DNA of 15,474 bases from a virus, in UHGV virus genome UHGV-0168751; one strand, 5' to 3'. Position 1 is the first letter of the stretch, and the number at the start of each line of letters is the position of its first letter. Below the pieces are notes generated by a model that was not told the origin of the DNA, made no database searches, and saw nothing but the letters and a program-made list of their open reading frames with translations. Below are positions 9,144 through 15,474 of this stretch, piece by piece. The position numbers and the translations under genes were made by a program.

Positions 9144-9171
9144 ACAAAAAAAGAGGGGCGCAGGCCCCTCT
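9144..9171 (-). terminator. Intrinsic terminator (minus-strand sense) between the beta-prime-like gene and the helicase gene
   Basis: GC-rich stem gaggggc/gcccctc (9153..9159 and 9164..9170, extendable by one A-T pair), 4-nt loop, followed in the minus sense by TTTTTTT (plus-strand A-run 9146..9152). Confidence 0.7.
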
Positions 9172-9174
9172 CGT

Positions 9175-11274
9175 TTACTCAATGATAGTCGCGGCCACCG
9201 TATTGTCGTATAACGACGCCGGACGTTTACGTGACGTATAGAAACGCACGTTGTCCAGGTTTTTCTGTTGGCCTTCGAATAACAACATCGGTACAGCTGA
9301 ACGTATCGCAATCAACGTGTTGTGATCTTCGAAACGTTTACCGTCCATGATATCTGCGTCTTCGCTATCAAACCCAACTGCCGGGAAAGGATTGGTTGGT
9401 GACTCAACGCGAGATATCGCCAGCATAATCGCGATGTGTGTCATCGGAATACCACCGAGCTTACGCTGAATATACTTAAACACATCAAACAACGCATGTG
9501 TACATTGTTTTTCCGTAGCACCGCGCATCTGAACCAGTGTTGTGGGTTTTACTTTACCCGACTTCTTGCTCAAACGCATTGAGTCATCCGAGAACTGTTC
9601 GAAAGTATCCGATTTATCAGAAGCAACCGAACGAAGTTTCAATTCTAACCCTGCTACGAACTCCGCCATAGATTCAGACCGATTCGTATAAATTAGTATC
9701 GGCCAACTCGGTTTCCAGCCTTTCAGTGGAATCCGTACCAGTTTCTTCGACGGGAACGTAATGTTATCACGCTGCTTCAGGAAGAAATGCAAGAAGGCTT
9801 TCGAGAAGTTACCACAAACCCCCATACGGACGTCGATGGGATCTTCAGCCAGTACATTCCCGGCTTCATCCATCCGCAAAAAGGTCAGTTCGTTAATCTC
9901 CGGCAACGCCGTTTCGTCAATCACTTCCAAATCGTCATGGTACGCGATTTGGCTGATTTCAGAATAGACTTCATCGGAAATAACGAGTTGGTATTCATCC
10001 CAATTACCGTACTGCGGTTTCTCTCGTAAACTTAGACCTTTTACAGAGTTGTGTTTATACTCCCCAAGATAATCCCGCATTCTTGGGGTCAGTACCAGAT
10101 TCAACAGATAGCGCAAGAAGTCTAAATGTTTCGTTGAGAGAATCCCCTGGGTACCCTTTTCAGATATCGAGGTTGAGGCCAAGTGACCTGGTGACGTTCC
10201 CGGCGAAAGGTTATAAATCAAATCACCCATGCAGGTTGCACAAATGCTTTGACGCGCCATCCCCTTACAACACATCGCAGTACGGAACTCAATAGGTTTG
10301 CCTAAGACTTTCTCAAACTCCCCTTTCTCGAATCGTAGCCACGGACCTCCCATGCCTTCAAAACGATAACGCATTCCCACCATCGCATCGTACTTCTTAC
10401 GCTCCAGTTTACTTTCTGTAAACGTGTGGCGATGAACGTGATGCGTACCACAATCGTCGTATTCGAAATACATTAACACGTTGGCTGCTAACTGTAGCTT
10501 ACGTGACGCGTATTCCGCATCGGCGATTTTATCGGTATTATAAAGATGAGAACGTGACGTTGCCCCGGCTTCCTTCAGGCGGCTAATTACGGAATGCAGA
10601 CCCGTAAAGAAACCTTCCCATACCTGGTTAGAATAAACGCGGGAATCAATCTCGGATGTTTTCCCACGTATATACGCCTGAAGAACCTGGTTCATTTTGA
10701 TGGTCTTATCCAAGACCGACATCACCACAGGGTTTAAACGAAGTTGTGGGTCTTTGAAGATATCCTCGATAAGAAGATATGCTTCCTCAACCATATCACG
10801 ACCTTCTTCGTCGTACCCAGTAGGATACATTTGTGCCCACTGATGAATCTGCGTAAAGTTTCGGTGTTGGTAAATTTCCATCATCGTATCGTAGTCAATC
10901 GTGACGCAATACGACAACAGATTTTTCACCGACAAGTTAAACGCATCCGCATAAACGTGCTGCTGCAATAAGTAACGAGTGTCTGCTAAATCCACGCCCG
11001 CTTTACGTGCCGCCACAGCTGCCAATGACATAAACTTCAGATGTGCGTCATCTGTCGCGGTGTCACCATGTTTATACGCCATCTGTGAACTGATTGGGAT
11101 CTGCGGATAAAATCGTGTTAGACCCCAATAAGGCCAACTTATTTTAATGTGGCGTCCTGACATGTTTAAGGTTACCCCATCGTCGAACGTCACTTCATAT
11201 CTGCCGCGTAATAGCCACACCTGATCCGAGTTCAGTTTACACAAATCACGCACGTGAACTGGAGTGCCCTTCAT
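9175..11274 (-). CDS. Multisubunit RNA polymerase beta-prime-like protein, C-terminal module (699 aa)
   Basis: Trigger-loop-like segment ASTSISEKGTQGILSTKH (about 10120..10197) resembles the bacterial SIGEPGTQLTMRTFH; a weaker bridge-helix-like segment lies about 130 residues upstream, matching the bacterial spacing. No Asp-triad catalytic loop, so the N-terminal beta-prime module is not here. ATG overlaps the upstream stop (TAATG). By-eye similarity only. Confidence 0.6.
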   Translation of the reverse strand: MKGTPVHVRDLCKLNSDQVWLLRGRYEVTFDDGVTLNMSGRHIKISWPYWGLTRFYPQIPISSQMAYKHGDTATDDAHLKFMSLAAVAARKAGVDLADTRYLLQQHVYADAFNLSVKNLLSYCVTIDYDTMMEIYQHRNFTQIHQWAQMYPTGYDEEGRDMVEEAYLLIEDIFKDPQLRLNPVVMSVLDKTIKMNQVLQAYIRGKTSEIDSRVYSNQVWEGFFTGLHSVISRLKEAGATSRSHLYNTDKIADAEYASRKLQLAANVLMYFEYDDCGTHHVHRHTFTESKLERKKYDAMVGMRYRFEGMGGPWLRFEKGEFEKVLGKPIEFRTAMCCKGMARQSICATCMGDLIYNLSPGTSPGHLASTSISEKGTQGILSTKHLDFLRYLLNLVLTPRMRDYLGEYKHNSVKGLSLREKPQYGNWDEYQLVISDEVYSEISQIAYHDDLEVIDETALPEINELTFLRMDEAGNVLAEDPIDVRMGVCGNFSKAFLHFFLKQRDNITFPSKKLVRIPLKGWKPSWPILIYTNRSESMAEFVAGLELKLRSVASDKSDTFEQFSDDSMRLSKKSGKVKPTTLVQMRGATEKQCTHALFDVFKYIQRKLGGIPMTHIAIMLAISRVESPTNPFPAVGFDSEDADIMDGKRFEDHNTLIAIRSAVPMLLFEGQQKNLDNVRFYTSRKRPASLYDNTVAATIIE

Positions 11275-13511
11275 TATTCATCGCCCCTTTTCATTTTCAC
11301 CAATTCAAACCCTTCGCAGTTGTGGATGTTTTTCATCATCCTGTCAATCTGTGAATCCCCTAACGGGAATTTATTCCGGTCTACCAGCGGACCCGGATTA
11401 GACGGGGTTTGAGATCGATAAAGCCCTACTAAAATCTCACGATGCACCGCAGGGTTGTTTGCCCTATCGTGAACTTCTTCGTAGTTACCTGGACCATAAC
11501 CCGCTAACAGTCGTTCTTCCGAAGGACCAGCCCATTTTAGCGTTTTATAGTTTATCGGATACGAACCACGGCCTTGGTTAGACGCGTCTATCGTGCCCAG
11601 ATAGTTCAGGTACATTGACGAGATACTGGAAAACTCACGGCCTGTTTTATCCAGACGTAATGTTTCCACACCGCCCACGTAAAACTCGTCTTTTGTCCAT
11701 TCCTGTTTACCGTCGAAATTAGTAATCAGGAGTTTGGATTTACGCGGTTTAAATTCACCTAACCGTTCGCTGATATCGACAGGTGTGTCATCCAGCTCAT
11801 GCGGCAAATAGATACGGATTGTAAAATCGTAAATCTCTTTAAAGAGTTCGCGTTGTAAATCCTCCGTAGGATGCGTTACCTGTAGTGTATTGGCCCAATC
11901 AGGATTATAACGTGACAGATAATCCATCAGGATTTCCCAGCTCTCACTGATACGCCCTTCATCCAGCATTGGTTTAAGACGCATCTTCAGCTGCTCAGAC
12001 GCCGCTGACCAATACATGTGGAACAGTGCTGCATAAGTCGAACGACGAATTACAGCGTTCATCGAACGTAAAACATGAACACGTTCACCGAATTCGTTAA
12101 TCGGCATCTGTTCAACGGGTAATACACGTCCAACAATCCCTTTCGTACCCGAACGGTCAGTAATCTTAGACGATACCGTTACCGGGATCGGATAACGAAC
12201 CGCAATACGAATAGTATACGTATTGATGGGATCGCTGAGTCCACGTTGTACTGGTGAGGTCAACTTAGAAAGAATCTGTTGGCTAACATTTTCTTTACCG
12301 TATTCACCACGACGAATGGCTTCATCAATCACCACGCGAATCTCTTCACGAAATTCGTGATAGACTTCGTAGGTTTCAGATGCAAACGCTTTTTCCAACA
12401 ACACACACGCTTTCGGTGACCAGATAATATTTTTGTCACGAGACATCGAGAAATAGAATCGCACAATGGCATTGTAATAATCTTTCAATGCTAATGCGTA
12501 TTTATCTAACTCTCGTTTGTTCTCTTCAGTACAAGAAATATTGTTAGTCCCATTCGCACAGGACGTTTCATCGCGCCACACCTGAATGTCCACGATACGT
12601 GTACCGCTACGCTCCATCAGTTCTTTGTCACCTGCCAGCCGCGCTTTATAATGGACGGGATCGGCATCCACATATTCGCAACTATCAAAGAACGGTGAAA
12701 CGTGTTGGGTTTCCCCAAGCGTCGCATCAATCGCAGCGTAAAGTTCATCGAAACGACGTGATGCAATAACCAACCCGTCATCACGAATAGCTTCGCCCAC
12801 ATCCGGGAAATAACGAGGAACGCGATTACCGTTCGGATCGTTATACCCATAGGTGTCTAACAGAAACTCATCTTCACGCAACGTTTTCTCGATGATTTTC
12901 AATCCATACCCGTGAAGCTTTTGTGCGGCGTATTCAGAAATGGTGTAGGAATCCTCGATAATGTCAGGATGCGAAATCGTAACGGTGGGTAGCACTACGC
13001 TGTCAGCGTATTCTCCTTCTACCATGCACGGCATCGTTGTAAGGATTTCATCTTTTTCCAACTGATCGGTTTCACCACGCAAAATACTGCGCAGTTTCAT
13101 CGATTCATGTTTCTCAGATGAGAAGATGTTGTCGTGATTGGTATAGAAGTTAATCTCCAACACGTCTATCATGGTTTTACCGCCTTTCATTTCTGCGCGG
13201 CGGAAGAAGATAGCGTGCTCCAGTGCTTTAGAATCCCCACGGCGTCCATAACGTGTAAACGTTGCACGACGCTGACGACCGTCTTTGGTCATATAGTGAC
13301 AGATGCTACCGGGATCTTCTACAACGTCGTTGAACAGAAAATCGTGGTAGTTTATATCTGCCCCTGTAAAATGTGGTGATGGTTCAGGATTGTCAATGGG
13401 GACCGCAGACTTCATATGGTTGCCTACCATCGATGCCCTTGCACCGGATACTTCGGTGATGTTAATCTCACGGTCAGCTACACTGCTCATTAGCTCTACT
13501 GGCGTTTTCAT
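11274..13511 (-). CDS. Multisubunit RNA polymerase beta-like protein, C-terminal module (745 aa)
   Basis: Residues 451-490 DRSGTKGIVGRVLPVEQMPINEFGERVHVLRSM (about 12042..12161) align with the conserved beta segment [33 protein letters not shown]; the C-terminal KWAGPSEERLLAGYG resembles beta EVWALEAYGA. Motif position implies only the C-terminal roughly 740 residues of a beta subunit. ATG at 13509..13511 with AAGGAG SD. Confidence 0.75.
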   Translation of the reverse strand: MKTPVELMSSVADREINITEVSGARASMVGNHMKSAVPIDNPEPSPHFTGADINYHDFLFNDVVEDPGSICHYMTKDGRQRRATFTRYGRRGDSKALEHAIFFRRAEMKGGKTMIDVLEINFYTNHDNIFSSEKHESMKLRSILRGETDQLEKDEILTTMPCMVEGEYADSVVLPTVTISHPDIIEDSYTISEYAAQKLHGYGLKIIEKTLREDEFLLDTYGYNDPNGNRVPRYFPDVGEAIRDDGLVIASRRFDELYAAIDATLGETQHVSPFFDSCEYVDADPVHYKARLAGDKELMERSGTRIVDIQVWRDETSCANGTNNISCTEENKRELDKYALALKDYYNAIVRFYFSMSRDKNIIWSPKACVLLEKAFASETYEVYHEFREEIRVVIDEAIRRGEYGKENVSQQILSKLTSPVQRGLSDPINTYTIRIAVRYPIPVTVSSKITDRSGTKGIVGRVLPVEQMPINEFGERVHVLRSMNAVIRRSTYAALFHMYWSAASEQLKMRLKPMLDEGRISESWEILMDYLSRYNPDWANTLQVTHPTEDLQRELFKEIYDFTIRIYLPHELDDTPVDISERLGEFKPRKSKLLITNFDGKQEWTKDEFYVGGVETLRLDKTGREFSSISSMYLNYLGTIDASNQGRGSYPINYKTLKWAGPSEERLLAGYGPGNYEEVHDRANNPAVHREILVGLYRSQTPSNPGPLVDRNKFPLGDSQIDRMMKNIHNCEGFELVKMKRGDE

Positions 13512-13574
13512 TTTAATGCTCCTTTAGGTTGATTCGGTAGGATAATATCTATCTCACTTATTTTAGGAACGATT

Positions 13575-13898
13575 ATGTTAGACAATTTTATTACCCTAGA
13601 AGAATTCATACCTGCGCCTTACACCACGACGTGGAAAGTGATGCACGATTACACAGACTATCTGCGTAAACACCCGAAAACTAAAATAGAAAATGTTGAC
13701 CCACGCTACAGCTGGCCTGAAGTCCACAATTTCTACGCCTACTGTAAACTCAAAGGTTACGCCGATATCATTATCTATCCGATGATGCTATTAAACGGGC
13801 TAGAAGACCCCATGAATTTCACCCCTGAAATCACGCAGCTGATCGTTCCCGACGTCGGGACGGTCAGTGAGATTATTAGCACCATCGGCGACTATTAA
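13575..13898 (+). CDS. Hypothetical protein (107 aa), the only internal plus-strand gene
   Basis: ATG at 13575 with AGGAA SD; ends at TAA just before the 13902..13930 hairpin. Divergent from the beta-like gene and convergent with the 459-aa gene. Confidence 0.5.
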   Translation: MLDNFITLEEFIPAPYTTTWKVMHDYTDYLRKHPKTKIENVDPRYSWPEVHNFYAYCKLKGYADIIIYPMMLLNGLEDPMNFTPEITQLIVPDVGTVSEIISTIGDY

Positions 13899-13901
13899 AA
13901 A

Positions 13902-13930
13902 AAGAAGGGACCGTGTCCCTTCTTTTATAT
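13902..13930. terminator. Bidirectional intrinsic terminator between convergent genes
   Basis: Stem aagaagggac/gtcccttctt (13902..13911 and 13915..13924) with a short loop, flanked by an A-run upstream and a T-rich run downstream on the plus strand. Confidence 0.65.
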
Positions 13931-13935
13931 TTCAC

Positions 13936-15315
13936 TTAACGCGTAAACGCTGAAGTTGCAATTCCACCGAAGCTGTTTTGGGATTGTCCACCAAAACTGT
14001 TGTTCGTTGCAAATGCTGAACTTGTGCTAAACGCGCTAGTACCCCCTACATTCCCGCCAAAGGAATTACTTCCTCCACCAAAGGTACTTGCCAAAGAACC
14101 CCCGGTATTTCCCCCACCGAAATTACCCTGGCCTCCGAATGGGGACATCTTACGCTCACCACCAAACGCATCCACAACAGAGATTCGACTTACCATACCG
14201 TTGGCAGGGTTGGTCGTGCCGTGTTGTTCAGCGTAGCGTTGCATCGCCGGTGTCAAATTCCCATAGGGACTATGTGCGGCCATGCTACGCTCACGGGCGC
14301 GGAAGAATTCCATCGGATCAGACTTATCTGCCTTATCTGCGTCCGATGCACGTTTCTGCGGGATCTGCTGCGGAGCCTGCTCACGATCAATACGGAAATC
14401 ATGCGCTGTGGTATCCCGTTCAGGACTGTCAGAGCGTGGACCAGTGTTATACGGTAAGGTCTGAATGACGTTATCGTAAATTTCCATATTGTCCAGCTGA
14501 GAAATCCATTCATCTTCTAACGGTCGTAATGGGGAATGGTCACGCAACCCTTTAACGACGTTGTTATAGTTTACAACGTACTGTGCCCAACCGCGTGCTA
14601 AACAACCGAAGTACGGACGAGAATCATTAGACCCTGTTACACTCGGATACCAACCAAATACGGTGGTCAGTAAACGATGAATAATGATTTTGTCCTGCTT
14701 ACGTTGAAGTTTCGCAGAGAAGTACATTGCAGTACCATCTAACGATTCTTCTTCAAACATATTTCGATAATTGGCAACACGGTTAAATTTCACACCGTCA
14801 ATAACTAAATCGGATGCGATAAAGAGCTGAGTAATCTTGTGCTTTTTATCCTTTTCCAGTTGGGCGTAGACAAATGCTTTAACCGCTTCCCAGGATTTCA
14901 CCAAACGTTCGTCAAACGTCGGATCTTTCATCCCTTCACAAATCTGTTCTGTTAAGAACTTCTTGTAAGAAGCGGAACGTACCGCTTTGCCGCTTGCTCC
15001 GGTTTCCAAAATTGCATCGATTAGCGCAAACGAACGAATGAACAGGTTCGCATTGATGGATTTCTTCAGAAAACGAATTGTCCCAGATTCGCCTGCCAAT
15101 ACCGATTCGCATAACGGATGAAACGCCTGGCATTCACGACCATCATCGTCTTCCATGCCGCGCTTAATCATCGCTGGGGTAGGAAGCGCCAGACGGCGCT
15201 TCACTTTGTTATACGTAAACTCTGCCGGTTCACCACCGTCACGAGTAAGTAAATCGTTTTCGAAATCGTATCCTTGTGATTTAAGAAACGATTTGTAGAA
15301 TTCAATAATTTTCAT
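13936..15315 (-). CDS. Hypothetical protein (459 aa) with Gly/Ser/Phe-rich low-complexity C-terminal tail of repeated SFGG/FGGG units
   Basis: ATG at 15313..15315 with AAGGA SD 8 nt upstream; the last 76 residues (13939..14166) are a run of FGG-type repeats; terminator follows the stop. Confidence 0.7.
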   Translation of the reverse strand: MKIIEFYKSFLKSQGYDFENDLLTRDGGEPAEFTYNKVKRRLALPTPAMIKRGMEDDDGRECQAFHPLCESVLAGESGTIRFLKKSINANLFIRSFALIDAILETGASGKAVRSASYKKFLTEQICEGMKDPTFDERLVKSWEAVKAFVYAQLEKDKKHKITQLFIASDLVIDGVKFNRVANYRNMFEEESLDGTAMYFSAKLQRKQDKIIIHRLLTTVFGWYPSVTGSNDSRPYFGCLARGWAQYVVNYNNVVKGLRDHSPLRPLEDEWISQLDNMEIYDNVIQTLPYNTGPRSDSPERDTTAHDFRIDREQAPQQIPQKRASDADKADKSDPMEFFRARERSMAAHSPYGNLTPAMQRYAEQHGTTNPANGMVSRISVVDAFGGERKMSPFGGQGNFGGGNTGGSLASTFGGGSNSFGGNVGGTSAFSTSSAFATNNSFGGQSQNSFGGIATSAFTR

Positions 15316-15337
15316 TTAAGAGTCCTTGATTAATCTT

Positions 15338-15423
15338 TTACTCGCCGAATGCACCAAAGCCAGTTACTGGCGCAGGAGTTGACATATCGCTGCTACCAAA
15401 GCTGCCGAAACTACCCAGGGTTG
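15338..15423 (-). CDS. 3' end of a gene truncated by the fragment boundary; encoded C-terminus is Gly/Phe-rich (TLGSFGSFGSSDMSTPAPVTGFGAFGE)
   Basis: Frame open from the last genomic base (15423) to stop TAA at 15338..15340; next gene starts 22 nt downstream in the minus sense. Confidence 0.5.
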
Positions 15424-15474
15424 CTGTCTCTTATACACATCTGACGCTGCCGACGACTCCTTACGTGTAGATCT
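15424..15474. other. Illumina Nextera adapter remnant, reverse complement of the left-end adapter (mosaic end, read-1 adapter, i5 index CTCCTTAC, P5 fragment GTGTAGATCT)
   Basis: CTGTCTCTTATACACATCTGACGCTGCCGACGA followed by CTCCTTAC and GTGTAGATCT; exact inverted copy of 1..44 extended into P5. Confidence 0.95.

Noticed and set aside
11706-11720. N-F-D-G-K in the beta-like protein and C-D-F-D-I-Q in the 652-aa protein (5553..5570) as possible beta-prime catalytic N-A-D-F-D-G-D loops
   Set aside because: Neither has the three aspartates required for Mg binding and the surrounding context does not match; the beta-prime catalytic module appears to be absent from this window.
12023-12638. Second GDK-containing segment (LAGDKELMERSGTRIV, about 12584..12638) as the beta GNKG-type loop
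   Set aside because: The downstream segment at about 12042..12161 matches the conserved beta signature much more extensively, including the E-x-M-P and following hydrophobic positions.
45-15423. Possibility that the insert is a complete small circular or linear genome
   Set aside because: ORFs are open into both insert ends, and the truncated right-end gene is on the minus strand while the left end carries a plus-strand gene, so the ends cannot be joined into a consistent circle. It is an internal fragment.
1-15474. 44-51 nt perfect terminal inverted repeat, as might mark a transposon, insertion sequence or linear-genome inverted terminal repeat
   Set aside because: The repeat is exactly the Illumina Nextera adapter (Tn5 mosaic end, read-1 adapter, i5 index, P5), so it is library-derived and not part of the organism.

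Overview
Genomic sequence runs 45..15423; both ends (1..44 and 15424..15474) are inverted copies of an Illumina Nextera adapter, so the terminal inverted repeat is technical, not biological. The insert is a densely packed, almost entirely minus-strand gene array with Shine-Dalgarno motifs before nearly every start and five intrinsic-terminator hairpins dividing it into transcription modules, which reads as a fragment of a bacteriophage genome. The main signal is a translationally coupled gene pair whose products carry hallmark motifs of the C-terminal modules of multisubunit RNA polymerase beta and beta-prime, followed by an SF2 DExH helicase. That combination suggests a phage with its own split RNA polymerase, possibly a jumbo phage, but this is inference from motifs read by eye with no database search. 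Other content is a 5'-truncated exonuclease-like gene at the left end, two adjacent proteins with Gly/Phe-rich C-terminal tails at the right end, and several hypothetical proteins. ORFs run into both insert ends, so this is an internal fragment rather than a complete genome. The supplied ORF track uses TTG as a start in places, and I have moved two starts to the nearest ATG. No rRNA, tRNA, CRISPR array or mobile element was found.
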